The position numbers and the translations under genes were made by a program. From contig JBJBDC010000001.1 of assembly GCA_047285535.1 (NCBI GenBank), positions 1,024,136 to 1,088,135 of the forward strand: a DNA stretch of 64,000 bases. Direction: 5' to 3'. This DNA is from Synechococcus sp. Its GTDB lineage: Bacteria > Cyanobacteriota > Cyanobacteriia > PCC-6307 > Cyanobiaceae. Shown one piece after another: positions 42,821-53,038 of the stretch (position 1 is its first letter; the number at the start of each line of letters is the position of its first letter). The notes beneath the pieces were generated by a model. That model ran no database searches, had not been told where the DNA came from, and was given only the letters and a program-made list of their open reading frames with translations.

Positions 42821-42956
42821 GAGCCAATCATTGGAGAATTTTCTAGCGATTTTTGGTGAAGTGAGATCACACTTCGATCAAATTGAAGGTCTAACTCCAC
42901 TTGAATCAAACAGAGCTAGCCAATGTATTTGGCTCCTGAACAAGAGAGAAAAGAAC

Positions 42957-44489
42957 TTATAGGTCTAGGAAGCGAAGTAACTCACACTGAGCCCGACGAC
43001 CAGTAATCGCATGGGCAGCCATCGCACCACTTGCAGCCACAGGAGGGATACCGATGCCAGGAAAACAACTAGCACCGCACTGAAAGAGACCCTTGATTGG
43101 AGTCGTCACCCCTGGGAAGAGACCCTTCGCAGCCGATAAAGCAGGTCCATAACTTCCTTGGTGTGTTGAAAGGTAATGATGATGCGTCAGAGGAGTCCCC
43201 TCCATCACCACTTGGCAACGACTGCGGATGTCAGGGATTCGTTGTTGCAGCACATCCCAAAAAACTTGACAGCGTCGACCCCGCTTTTCCAGATAGGCAA
43301 GCGTGCCCCGTTCAAGCTTGGCCCACTCAGACCAGGGTTCATTGGCTGGCGTGTATGCATGCAATACATGGTGTCCAGCCGGCGCCATGGACTGATCAAG
43401 AACAGAAGGAATCGAAACGACAACAGCATTGCGGTCAGCGTCAATTCCCCGCTCCCAATCTCCGACCCAGACTGTATGAATCGGAAGGTCTTCAAGACCG
43501 GTCGCATCAAATCCGAGATGAAGATGCAGAAAGGAATGACAAGCAGGTGTGGATTGCATTTCTTGACACCAAGCCATGGCAGCCGTTTCTGGTAGCAGTT
43601 CCGCCGTACCCCAAGCATCCGCATTGCTCACCACATAATCGGCATGCAGCGTTTCACCATTGCTGAGTTCCACGCCAACAGCTCGATCACCGTCAAGCAA
43701 CACCTGACGGACTCTTGATCCAAGCTGCAAAGTGCCGCCATGCACTTCCAAACCGCAAACCAGAGCGTTCACCACAGACGCGCTACCACCACGCGGAAAC
43801 TCGAGGCAAGATTCAGGATCAAACCAATCACCAAACAACGTTGCCATTGCTGCTGCGTTCGTGGCTCCCATCGGCATGCCGCTGATCAAAAAACACAGCA
43901 AATCAACCCAATGCCGAAGGAAAGGATCCTGCAAGTGCTGATCCACCAGAGGACCGAAAGCAGCACTGAGATGTCGGAAGGCAGGTAGATGCCGTACTAG
44001 ACGACCACTACGCCGCAATAAAGGAACAATTCCATCCAGCGATGCTGGCAATGCCAACAAGGGCAATGCTTCTGCCGCAGCTGCAATCGGCAGAAGCACA
44101 TCAGTGAAGCGCTGCCACTCGTCCACAGCTTCAGGTCCACGTAACGTCTCCACCACCTGCTCGAAAGCATCACATCCAACCCCAACGTGGAAAAGCCCCT
44201 CAGGGAGCATCACATCCCAGTCCTTGTAGGTCAGGACGTCCAAAGACTGACCCAGCGCACGCAGAATCTGAGCAAGCGGGTTAGTGCTGGGCCAGCGGGA
44301 CAGACCGCTCCAAAGAGATGGACCTGATTCAAAGCGATAACCATGACGTTCAAAGCCATGGGCCGCACCTCCAGGCTGACTATGGGCTTCCAGAACCAAC
44401 ACCTCCTTTCCTGCCCGGGCAGTGAGTCCGGCACAACACAAGCCGCCAACACCGCTGCCTATCACGATCACCTCAGTGCTTTTCGGCAT
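42957..44489 (-). CDS. Phytoene desaturase / carotenoid isomerase family FAD oxidoreductase
   Basis: VIGSGVGG, GGAAH.F, FESGPS, FPGIGIPPVAASG. Confidence 0.88.
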   Translation of the reverse strand: MPKSTEVIVIGSGVGGLCCAGLTARAGKEVLVLEAHSQPGGAAHGFERHGYRFESGPSLWSGLSRWPSTNPLAQILRALGQSLDVLTYKDWDVMLPEGLFHVGVGCDAFEQVVETLRGPEAVDEWQRFTDVLLPIAAAAEALPLLALPASLDGIVPLLRRSGRLVRHLPAFRHLSAAFGPLVDQHLQDPFLRHWVDLLCFLISGMPMGATNAAAMATLFGDWFDPESCLEFPRGGSASVVNALVCGLEVHGGTLQLGSRVRQVLLDGDRAVGVELSNGETLHADYVVSNADAWGTAELLPETAAMAWCQEMQSTPACHSFLHLHLGFDATGLEDLPIHTVWVGDWERGIDADRNAVVVSIPSVLDQSMAPAGHHVLHAYTPANEPWSEWAKLERGTLAYLEKRGRRCQVFWDVLQQRIPDIRSRCQVVMEGTPLTHHHYLSTHQGSYGPALSAAKGLFPGVTTPIKGLFQCGASCFPGIGIPPVAASGAMAAHAITGRRAQCELLRFLDL

Positions 44490-45296
44490 CGATCCCTTAA
44501 CGACTTTCTCGTTGTAGTTAAGACAAACGATTGGTCTCAGGCAAAATCAGACAGACAAAAGATCACCAAAGTCACATTGAACCCCTAAAAAAGAGCCTAC
44601 GCTTCCAGGCGATAGCAGACATTAAAAAGAAAGAAATACCTTCAATATATTATCTCAAACCACAGAAAACCGAAAATCACTGACCAGCCTGTCCATGAAC
44701 AAATGGCCGCTTGATTTTATTAGTCACCGCCTCTGCTTTCCTCATAGCAATCAGGCAATTTAGATCTGAATCAACCAAAGCAAACTAGATTTGAGCCTTG
44801 GCCACTTTGAGCTCTCAGTTGAAATCATAACAAAAACCGCTTCAGGATCAAAGATCAAGACAATACCGACGACCCAAGCCTAACGAACTCACAAAACCCA
44901 CCAATTTATTCACAAACAATTCATTCATGAGCAAATTCATTCATTAGCAGCCACTCTAATGCAGGACCTTTGAGCAATCGACAACCCAAATACCATGCAA
45001 TAAACTATACACAATTAAGCTTGATCTCCCGACACCATTTTACATCAAGAACATGAACGCATACCCGGCATCCCAACAATGTCTGGCAAGTGATGCACAA
45101 TTCATGACGATCATTCAACCCTTTTCTTAGATACAGAAAACTTGCCAAAGCATCGGCAAAGGCAAAAGTTAAGACTTGACTGTCTTTGCTTTGTCCTTCA
45201 TAGACAATTCGATTCACAGCCAGTCACAACTAGGCTCGTATCAAGACATATCCCCATCTGACAATCCGCTGTAATGAGTAGAAATTTCAGTTTTCT

Positions 45297-46058
45297 ATGC
45301 CAGAACCAAATTCCCAGGGCGAGACCCAGCTTTTGTTTTGGCGTCGTACGCCACCCTTAGTGCTTCCCATGGTGGTGTTGAGCTTTGGACTTGTGATTGC
45401 TGGGGCTGTTGCAGTGAGAGGGATTCGCACAGCGACCGACACAGTCACCGTTACAGGCGCCAGCACAGAGAGGCTAAAGAGCGACTTTGCAGACTGGACC
45501 GTGACAGTGAGCGGCAGTGGCTTGAGCCAGCAACAGGCCTATCAGAATCTTCAACCGGATTTAGAACGGACCCTCGCATTCCTGCGCGATGCAGAGATCC
45601 CCGAGAGCAGCACCCAACTAAGCGTTTTGAAGACTGACCGTAACGACATTCGAAATCGTGTCACCGGAAGCCTTACCAATACAGAGTGGACAGTGCGTCA
45701 GTCGATCCAGATTGCCAGCTCGGATGTGGAATTAATCCGAAAGGCATCGAACAGCATCAGCAACCTCATCGGTGATGGCGTGTCGTTATCAATTCAGCCA
45801 CCGGCCTATACCTACACAAAACTGGCGGAAAAGCGAGTCGACATGCTTGCAAAAGCCACGTCCGATGCTCGAGATCGAGCTATTGCGATTGCTCGTCAAG
45901 CAGGGTCAGGCATTGGAGCCATTACCAATGCCGACACAGGCACATTTCAAATCACAGTGCCGAACTCAACCAAAATGGGGAGTTATGGCTCCTATGACAC
46001 CAGCACTATTGAAAAAGACATCACCGCCGTAATGGGAGTGACGTTCAGAGTGCAGTGA
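45297..46058 (+). CDS. SIMPL (DUF541) domain protein
   Basis: TM anchor; VTVTG.S; A..DAR.RA..IA...G..IG. Confidence 0.85.
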   Translation: MPEPNSQGETQLLFWRRTPPLVLPMVVLSFGLVIAGAVAVRGIRTATDTVTVTGASTERLKSDFADWTVTVSGSGLSQQQAYQNLQPDLERTLAFLRDAEIPESSTQLSVLKTDRNDIRNRVTGSLTNTEWTVRQSIQIASSDVELIRKASNSISNLIGDGVSLSIQPPAYTYTKLAEKRVDMLAKATSDARDRAIAIARQAGSGIGAITNADTGTFQITVPNSTKMGSYGSYDTSTIEKDITAVMGVTFRVQ

Positions 46059-46591
46059 TCTTTCTTCCATTCATCCTCTTAGGACTGGCCTGGCTGCAGG
46101 AAGGCATCGACCAACTTCTTCTAGGTGGTCGATGGAATTTAGCCATGGGACCTGGAACTCCCTGGTGGACCCTTTTAACGGCTCCGTTCAGCCATGGAGA
46201 TTTGGGTCACCTCATCGGGAATAGCGTTGTGTTTCTACCTCTCAGCTACCTAGTTTTGCTCAGAGGTCTCCGATCTTATGTAGCGATCTGGATCTCCGTC
46301 ATTTTGCTCGAAATACCGGTCTGGATTTTTTGGCCTACTGGAAGCCATGGACTCTCAGGAGTCGTGTATGGCCTGATTGGCTACCTCCTACTCATCGGCT
46401 TTCTCGAACGAAGAGTCGTTGCAATCGCTTTGAGCATGATTGTGCTTGCTCTTTATGGCAGTGCCCTTCCAGGATTGCTGCCATGGGCATCACCTGCTGG
46501 TGTGAGCTGGATTGGTCATGCCAGTGGATTCACAGCTGGCCTTCTAGCTGCTGGAGCTATGTCACGAGAACCAAATCAGCCATCCTCCTGA
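46055..46591 (+). CDS. Rhomboid family intramembrane serine protease
   Basis: PFSH....HLIGN, GLSG catalytic Ser, GH..G catalytic His. Confidence 0.9.
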   Translation: MIFLPFILLGLAWLQEGIDQLLLGGRWNLAMGPGTPWWTLLTAPFSHGDLGHLIGNSVVFLPLSYLVLLRGLRSYVAIWISVILLEIPVWIFWPTGSHGLSGVVYGLIGYLLLIGFLERRVVAIALSMIVLALYGSALPGLLPWASPAGVSWIGHASGFTAGLLAAGAMSREPNQPSS

Positions 46592-46800
46592 TCATCAACG
46601 GACTGAAGAAATCGACCAGACAGGCGAACAGCCAAGACAGAGCAGGCAGCTCCATAGCCAATAAAAGTGGCCACTTGACCGAAGGAGCCTGCTTTATAAA
46701 CCTCTCCACCAAGCAACAACCAATCAACAACTGAGGAGGCGGTGCCCCAAACCACAACCCAGACCGAAACGTAAAGCATCCCTCTCACGGTGTTGTTCAT
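46576..46800 (-). CDS. Small membrane protein
   Basis: Two TM helices; WV..WGT..S.VDW. Confidence 0.65.
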   Translation of the reverse strand: MNNTVRGMLYVSVWVVVWGTASSVVDWLLLGGEVYKAGSFGQVATFIGYGAACSVLAVRLSGRFLQSVDDQEDG

Positions 46801-46934
46801 GACAGCTCCTTTGCACAAGGTTTCGTTGATGAGACGCTAAGCCCACCATCAGTCTCATCAGAGCCATCTAGGATCGAGATCGCCTTCCAAGGGATGTCCC
46901 ATGGCCAAGATCCAAAAGGAGGCACTGTGCAGAG

Positions 46935-46969
46935 GGATTGTCAGGCTGATTGCATCAGCCTGACAATCC
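46935..46969. repeat. Perfect 16-bp inverted repeat between divergent genes
   Basis: GGATTGTCAGGCTGAT-tgc-ATCAGCCTGACAATCC. Confidence 0.85.
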
Positions 46970-47024
46970 AACGGCTTTTAGCTAAACACCTCTTAGAGAT
47001 AAGCCTTTGGGGACAGTGCCACCA

Positions 47025-47240
47025 GTGACTGAAAGTAATCAGCAACAGCCAGTCGTCATCAAACAAGGAGGCGGCGGCACTGGCATTGGCCTGGTTCTGG
47101 CGGCATTGATTCTTGGGGGTGCAATCGTCTATTCCGTCACAATCTGGTCTAACACTCAGAAAAAAATGATCGAGGCGCCCAAAGAAGCAATCCAGAAGGG
47201 CGTAGACACGATTAAAAAAGCGATTCAGCCTGACTCCTGA
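47025..47240 (+). CDS. Small membrane protein
   Basis: QPVVIKQGGGG, TM helix, amphipathic tail. Confidence 0.7.
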   Translation: MTESNQQQPVVIKQGGGGTGIGLVLAALILGGAIVYSVTIWSNTQKKMIEAPKEAIQKGVDTIKKAIQPDS

Positions 47241-47296
47241 CCACGAGACCCTGAAAGTGCTGATCCGAAGACCGTATCAATAAAGGGATTCAAACT

Positions 47297-47521
47297 TCAC
47301 CCTCCTTCAAGTGATTGCTGCTGGCTGTGGTGGCGGTAGAGGTCGCTATCTCCATCAGCATCAATCTCTGATTTTGTTCGGTCCTGGGCATGGATTCCGA
47401 CCTGGAGAATTTCAGCATCTGTGACTTGTGGGTCCGAGCTAGCCTCATTTTCTTCCCGAGCGATCGCCCGCTGATAGGCAGAGGTGACGTCCGAAGACCC
47501 GCCGTTACGATCAGAAGCCAT
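47297..47521 (-). CDS. Small acidic hypothetical protein
   Basis: 74-aa ORF divergent from nth. Confidence 0.55.
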   Translation of the reverse strand: MASDRNGGSSDVTSAYQRAIAREENEASSDPQVTDAEILQVGIHAQDRTKSEIDADGDSDLYRHHSQQQSLEGG

Positions 47522-47572
47522 GGCCGCAGAAGCAGTGCCGTCATGATGGCATCCCTACATCTCAATGAGACA

Positions 47573-48226
47573 TTGCTCAAAAAAGAGCGCGCCGCCCTTG
47601 TGCTTAAACGCCTGGAGGAGCACTATCCGGATCCCCCCATTCCCCTTGATCACAACGATCCATTCACTCTGCTGATCGCTGTCCTGCTCAGCGCACAATG
47701 CACGGATAAAAAAGTCAACGAAGTCACACCAGCATTGTTCGCGGCAGGACCAACGCCCAAGGCCATGTCGGCATTAACCAAAGACGAGATTTTCGGACAT
47801 ATCCGCCAGCTCGGTCTTGCCAAAACCAAAGCCAGCAACGTGCTCAAACTCGCTCAGCTTCTGATCGATCGACATGATGGGATCGTCCCCAGCAACTTTG
47901 AAGAACTGGAAGCCCTCCCAGGAGTTGGACACAAGACTGCAAGCGTCGTCATGGCTCAAGCATTCGGGGTACCGGCCTTCCCCGTGGACACACATATTCA
48001 TCGATTGTCTCAACGTTGGGGGCTGAGCAATGGAGACAGCGTGGAGCGCACAGAAAAAGATCTTAAATTGCTCTTCCCTATTGAGAAATGGAACCGGCTT
48101 CACCTCCAAATTATTTATTTTGGTCGCGAGCATTGCACTGCTCGTGGATGCGATGGAACGATTTGCTCGATGTGCTGCGAGCTCTACCCGAAACGCCGAA
48201 GCCCAGTAATCTGGCGCAGGCCATAA
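47573..48226 (+). CDS. nth: Endonuclease III
   Basis: LLSAQCTD..VN, HhH LPGVGHKTA, VDTH, C-terminal 4-Cys Fe-S motif; start approximate. Confidence 0.95.
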   Translation: MLKKERAALVLKRLEEHYPDPPIPLDHNDPFTLLIAVLLSAQCTDKKVNEVTPALFAAGPTPKAMSALTKDEIFGHIRQLGLAKTKASNVLKLAQLLIDRHDGIVPSNFEELEALPGVGHKTASVVMAQAFGVPAFPVDTHIHRLSQRWGLSNGDSVERTEKDLKLLFPIEKWNRLHLQIIYFGREHCTARGCDGTICSMCCELYPKRRSPVIWRRP

Positions 48227-48254
48227 CTCCAACCGCAGAGCGAGTCAAACCTCT

Positions 48255-48272
48255 GTTACAATTTGTTGAGAT
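48255..48272 (+). promoter_or_regulatory. Possible RpaB HLR1 site upstream of hli
   Basis: GTTACAAT-tt-GTTGAGAT: first half-site matches consensus, second is degenerate. Confidence 0.4.
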
Positions 48273-48284
48273 TCATTTCAACTC

Positions 48285-48521
48285 ATGGAACGTACGTCAG
48301 CTAACGATGCCTGGTTCCAGAACCAAGCAGCAGGCTCCATTCACCAAGACCAGCTCAAGAAAGTTGAACTTTTTAATGGCCGAGCTGCCATGCTTGGCTT
48401 CGTCATCGGAGTTATCACGGAAGGGCTCACGGGCCAAGGGATTCTCCATCAGATCGGCCTAGGGCCACTCGTTGACGGGTATGTGACATGCAGCACACAG
48501 ATGCTTCCATTCTGTTTCTGA
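48285..48521 (+). CDS. hli: High-light inducible protein (Hlip)
   Basis: ELFNGRAAMLGF; TE.LTGQGI..QIG. Confidence 0.92.
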   Translation: MERTSANDAWFQNQAAGSIHQDQLKKVELFNGRAAMLGFVIGVITEGLTGQGILHQIGLGPLVDGYVTCSTQMLPFCF

Positions 48522-48595
48522 TCAGAAATTGATCAAAAATCAGACCTTGGCGTCGGCCCCACAGCATTAGGGTTGTGGGGTTACAAATCGAAGCC

Positions 48596-48865
48596 ATGGC
48601 TCGCAAGAGGCGCAAGCTCAGCAAAGACATGGAAGCCGAAATCAAGGCAGCCCATAAAAAAGTAGAATTCATTAGTGCGCTGATTCGAGATATCCGCGAC
48701 GAAGATATTCAGAACGAGTACGCGGAAGCTTTTGTACAGGTCCATGCAGCGAGCACCCATCTTGCTCAGCTCTATGACGCTGAAGGGATCACTGAGGAAA
48801 GTGAAGGAACTCTTGTTTTATACAAGGGCTTACTCAATCAGTTCGAAGAGGATTATGAGCTGTAG
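48596..48865 (+). CDS. Conserved hypothetical helical protein
   Basis: MARKRRKLSK.ME.EI..A.KKVEF.SA.I.DI.DEDIQNEY. Confidence 0.75.
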   Translation: MARKRRKLSKDMEAEIKAAHKKVEFISALIRDIRDEDIQNEYAEAFVQVHAASTHLAQLYDAEGITEESEGTLVLYKGLLNQFEEDYEL

Positions 48866-48951
48866 GACATTTCCTAAATCTACCTTCAAACACTGAACTT
48901 TTGATAAGGATCCGTTAAAACCAGTTGGATTGCGAGGGAAGGATTTGTTCC

Positions 48952-49461
48952 ATGGCAGATCAAAATGATCCGCGCTGGTTCACGTTGCTCATGGCCAGTC
49001 GCTGGCCTATTGCTGTTGTTGCTGCTGCCTGGGCATTGGCAGTAGCTGTAACGCAAATTCTCCGTCAACCCATTCCTATTGGACTCCCACTGGACCAACC
49101 GTTCCCCGTGCGTGTTGTAGGGGGAGTCACTATTGACGATCTCAAGGCTGCGGTGCGTGTCAAAAGTGAGGGTTCACTTGCCATCGATGCTGCAGGAAGC
49201 CTCCCCGTGCAAGGCCACGTTGCTGTCACCAAACCTGTGATGGTGGAATCCAACAAAACACTAGATGTTCAAGGCAAGGTTGTGGTTGATGAGTTGAAGG
49301 CTCCAGTCCAAGTGAAAGGGATCGATGAAAATCCCATTCTTGTGGGGACAGCTGATGAAGAACAACTGAACGTGGGTGGAGCCGTGGAGGTAACTGAGAT
49401 CGGCGGACGAATCAATGTCCGACTAAGGGATGCGGCCAAATCAATATTGCCGATTCCATAA
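48952..49461 (+). CDS. Membrane-anchored Val-rich repeat protein
   Basis: TM helix followed by four V.G.V.V/I repeats. Confidence 0.7.
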   Translation: MADQNDPRWFTLLMASRWPIAVVAAAWALAVAVTQILRQPIPIGLPLDQPFPVRVVGGVTIDDLKAAVRVKSEGSLAIDAAGSLPVQGHVAVTKPVMVESNKTLDVQGKVVVDELKAPVQVKGIDENPILVGTADEEQLNVGGAVEVTEIGGRINVRLRDAAKSILPIP

Positions 49462-50292
49462 ATGGATTCACTTCCAAGTGATCTACATCTTGCGGTCGTC
49501 GGTCACCTTGAGTGGGTCACCTTTCTTGCCGTCAATCAGCTCCCCTCTCCCGGACAGATCAGCCATGCCCATCGCTCCCTGGAAGAACCAGCTGGAGCAG
49601 GTGCCGTTGTGGCCGTCCAACTGGCGATGCTGACTGGCCGAACTGTGAACTTTTTCACTTCTCTGGGGAATGATGAGCTCGGCGCACGCAGTGAACAACG
49701 CCTGCGTGAGTTAGGTGTTAATCCGATCGTGGCCTGGCGTGACCAACCCACCCGCCGTGGCATCAGCCTTGTAGACAGCAGCGGCGATCGAGCCATCACA
49801 GTGATTGGAGATCGGCTAACACCTCTAGCTGATGATCCCCTGCCCTGGGATGACATTGCAGCTTGTGATGGCGTGTTCGTCACTGCCACCGATGCCCAAG
49901 GCCTACAACTGGCAAGAGCAGCCAATGTGTTGACAGCAACTCCACGGCTTCGGTTACCAGTTCTTCAAGAAGCTGGCGTCAAGCTTGATGCCCTGATCGG
50001 CAGCAATTTCGATCCAGGTGAGCAGCTCGAAGACGGTGCATTCACACCACCACCAAGTTTGCGAATCGCAACGGAAGGAGCTGCAGGAGGCCAACTACAG
50101 CCAGGCGGTCGATTTGAAGCGGCTCCTCTTCCTGGCCCCTTCATAGAAACCTATGGATGCGGTGACAATTTTGCAGCCGGAGTAACGGCAGGCTTAGCGG
50201 CAGGGTGGTCCACATCGGACGCAGTAGCACTCGGAGCGCAATGCGGAGCAACCTGCGCCACCTATTTCGGACCTTATAAGCCAAGCACCTAG
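49462..50292 (+). CDS. PfkB family carbohydrate kinase
   Basis: AGAGAVVA.QLA; LG.D..G; TYGCGDNFAAG anion-hole motif. Confidence 0.9.
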   Translation: MDSLPSDLHLAVVGHLEWVTFLAVNQLPSPGQISHAHRSLEEPAGAGAVVAVQLAMLTGRTVNFFTSLGNDELGARSEQRLRELGVNPIVAWRDQPTRRGISLVDSSGDRAITVIGDRLTPLADDPLPWDDIAACDGVFVTATDAQGLQLARAANVLTATPRLRLPVLQEAGVKLDALIGSNFDPGEQLEDGAFTPPPSLRIATEGAAGGQLQPGGRFEAAPLPGPFIETYGCGDNFAAGVTAGLAAGWSTSDAVALGAQCGATCATYFGPYKPST

Positions 50293-50649
50293 CCAAAGCA
50301 TGAAAAACGGCGCGCATCGTCATTCTGATCAAGCCCATAAAGCAAGACCCAAGACGGGTTTGATCGCCAAAACAGAACGAAACGCAGACGTTCCATAGGG
50401 GATGACCCACTCTCTGAACTGATGACAATAATTAGCGCTGCGCGCCACCTAAAGGTGTTAATCGATGGGAAAGGGAAAAAAGACCTTCTAGAATCGTGCC
50501 AGTTTGCGTAAGAAGATACTGGCCCTATTCCAGTCTTAAAAATGGAATTAAGTTCTTTTGTTTCTAGCACCTCTGCAATCTCCACTCTTCAAACTTCCAA
50601 CAAGCTCGGCTAACATTTGACTTTGATCCAGTTGTGACGGTCGGGGCTG

Positions 50650-51705
50650 ATGCAGACGAGCCGACGCATGTTTCTCCGGCTGGTTGCAACCGCTGCATTA
50701 ACCAATGGCCTGGCCAGTGCCGTTCAATCCTCAGCTGAACCTAAGACATACCCAAAAGAAGCTTTGTCATCGCGAGGAGATCTTCGTCTTGGCTTGATCA
50801 GTGATCTCAATGGTCCCTATGGCTCAACCAGTTACAGCGCCAGTGTCTCAAAAGGGTTGCATCTCCTCTCCGAGCTGCAACCAGACCTGGTGCTCTGTGC
50901 AGGGGACATGGTTGCAGGCCAAAAACTCAGCCTTACAGATTCTCATCTTGAGGCGATGTGGGGCAGCTTTCAAACCACAATTCTCAACCCCCTTCTCAAT
51001 CAGGGGATTGGAATGATCCCAGCTATGGGCAATCACGATGCGTCCAGCCAGAAAACAGCATCTCGTTATGTGTTCTCAAGAGAACGCCAACAGGCAGAGA
51101 GATTTTGGAAGCGTCAGAAGAGGCGTTTAGGGCTGGAGTTCGGAGACTCCATTCATTACCCTTTTCAATACATCGCAAGGCGACCAGGCTTATTCGTTGT
51201 GGTGATTGATGCGTCTTCCTCGCAGGTTGATGGCAAGCAACAACGTTGGCTTGAAAAGGCTTTGGCATCAGACTTCAGATCGTCAGAGGATTGTTGCCTG
51301 GTGATGGGTCATCTGCCTCTCACCGCCATCAGTGCTGGGCGTGATCGTGTCGGAGAATGCATCACAGACGCCATTGAGCTAACCGATCTGATGCAACGTC
51401 ATCAGGTCGACCTCTATGTCTCGGGGCATCACCACGCCTGGTATCCGGGCGAACTTCGGGGACAGCGGGTCCTCAGTCTTGGGGCCATGGGAAACGGCCC
51501 CCGTCGTCTTTTGGGCAGGCAACAGTCATCCGATCCAAGTCTCACGCTGCTTGATCTCTTCCATCAAACCCACGCAGTGCGTGAAACCACATTCAGTCTG
51601 CGAACCCTTGAGTCGATCAGCGTTGATTCCCTACCCATGCAGCTGAGCTCAAAATCATTTCCAGCCTTAGCTCGACGCGAGACCTTCTGGTCTTATGGCT
51701 CCTGA
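50650..51705 (+). CDS. Tat-exported metallophosphoesterase (calcineurin-like)
   Basis: SRRMFL Tat motif; SDLN, GDMV, GNHD, GHLP, SGHHH. Confidence 0.9.
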   Translation: MQTSRRMFLRLVATAALTNGLASAVQSSAEPKTYPKEALSSRGDLRLGLISDLNGPYGSTSYSASVSKGLHLLSELQPDLVLCAGDMVAGQKLSLTDSHLEAMWGSFQTTILNPLLNQGIGMIPAMGNHDASSQKTASRYVFSRERQQAERFWKRQKRRLGLEFGDSIHYPFQYIARRPGLFVVVIDASSSQVDGKQQRWLEKALASDFRSSEDCCLVMGHLPLTAISAGRDRVGECITDAIELTDLMQRHQVDLYVSGHHHAWYPGELRGQRVLSLGAMGNGPRRLLGRQQSSDPSLTLLDLFHQTHAVRETTFSLRTLESISVDSLPMQLSSKSFPALARRETFWSYGS

Positions 51706-51734
51706 AACGACCTGTCTTCAAAAACAGCGAAAAG

Positions 51735-51764
51735 ATAAGCCCTCGCCAGAAGACGAGGGCTTAT
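51735..51764. terminator. Terminator hairpin between convergent phosphoesterase and psbA
   Basis: ATAAGCCCTCG-N8-CGAGGGCTTAT. Confidence 0.8.
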
Positions 51765-51800
51765 AAGTGCAGTAGATCTCAACCGAAGTTGGATTCCAGA

Positions 51801-52877
51801 TCAACCGATGGCAGGTGCCTGAAGAGCCACAGGTGTGGACTCAGCAGCTGCGAGGTCGAGGGGGAAGTTGTGAGCATTGCGCTCGTGCATCACTTCCATG
51901 CCGAGGCCGGCACGGTTCACCATGTCAGCCCAGGTGTTCAGGACGCGGCCCTGACTGTCAAGGATGGACTGGTTGAAGTTGAAGCCGTTCAGGTTGAAGG
52001 CCATGGTTGACACGCCCATGGACGTAAACCAGATGCCGACCACAGGCCATGCTCCAAGGAAGAAGTGAAGGCTGCGGCTGTTGTTGAAGGAGGCGTATTG
52101 GAAGATCAGACGACCGAAGTAACCGTGGGCAGCCACGATGTTGTAGGTCTCTTCTTCTTGACCGAACTTGTAGCCATAGTTCTGGGACTCGGTCTCGGTT
52201 GTTTCACGAACCAAGGAAGAGGTCACCAGTGAACCATGCATGGCGGAGAACAGTGAACCACCGAAGACACCAGCCACACCAAGCATGTGGAAGGGGTGCA
52301 TCAGGATGTTGTGCTCAGCCTGGAACACCAACATGAAGTTGAAGGTGCCCGAGATGCCCAGGGGCATGCCATCGGAGAAGGAGCCCTGACCGAAGGGGTA
52401 AACAAGGAAGACAGCGAAGGCAGCAGACAGCGGAGCGCTGTAAGCAACACAGATCCAAGGGCGCATGCCCAGGCGGTAGGAGAGTTCCCACTGACGACCC
52501 ATGTAGGCAGAAATGCCAATCAGGAAGTGGAACACAACCAATTGATAAGTGCCGCCGTTGTAGAGCCACTCGTCGAGTGAGGCAGCTTCCCAGATGGGAT
52601 AGAAGTGCAAGCCAATGGCGTTGCTGGAAGGAACAACAGCACCGGAGATGATGTTGTTGCCATAAAGGAGTGAGCCAGCCACGGGCTCACGAATGCCGTC
52701 GATATCAACCGGGGGAGCGGCGATGAAAGCGACGATGAAACAGGTGGTAGCGGCAAGCAGTGTGGGAATCATCAACACACCAAACCAGCCCACATAAATG
52801 CGGTTGTTAGTGTCTGTGACCCACTGACAAAAATTTTGCCAGCTGCTTAAGCGACCGCTGCGAACGGCAGTTGCCAT
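51801..52877 (-). CDS. psbA: Photosystem II D1 protein, D1:1 type (Gln130)
   Basis: Full D1 sequence; MGRQWE; Mn-cluster ligands D170, E189, H332, E333, D342, A344 present. Confidence 0.99.
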   Translation of the reverse strand: MATAVRSGRLSSWQNFCQWVTDTNNRIYVGWFGVLMIPTLLAATTCFIVAFIAAPPVDIDGIREPVAGSLLYGNNIISGAVVPSSNAIGLHFYPIWEAASLDEWLYNGGTYQLVVFHFLIGISAYMGRQWELSYRLGMRPWICVAYSAPLSAAFAVFLVYPFGQGSFSDGMPLGISGTFNFMLVFQAEHNILMHPFHMLGVAGVFGGSLFSAMHGSLVTSSLVRETTETESQNYGYKFGQEEETYNIVAAHGYFGRLIFQYASFNNSRSLHFFLGAWPVVGIWFTSMGVSTMAFNLNGFNFNQSILDSQGRVLNTWADMVNRAGLGMEVMHERNAHNFPLDLAAAESTPVALQAPAIG

Positions 52878-53008
52878 GAGAAAAAAATAAAACGGGATCG
52901 ATCAAAAATCCACAAAAGGGGACCCATGATCAGATTTAATGCTATGGAAAGATGCGGATAATTCATCGAAACCGAAAGGCTCTTATTATTTCGACAACAT
53001 TGTTCATG

Positions 53009-53037
53009 ACAACTTCATAAACAGTTCATGAAGTTGT
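53009..53037. terminator. Hairpin after YcjF-family stop codon, upstream of psbA
   Basis: ACAACTTCAT-N9-ATGAAGTTGT. Confidence 0.5.
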
Positions 53038-53038
53038 A

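Noticed and set aside
43097..43988. Long antisense and alternate-frame ORFs within the carotenoid oxidoreductase (likewise in nth, psbA, thrB, ndhD)
   Set aside because: Shadow ORFs of well-supported genes
50289..50585. 98-aa minus-strand ORF
   Set aside because: No motif or family resemblance; cannot be supported
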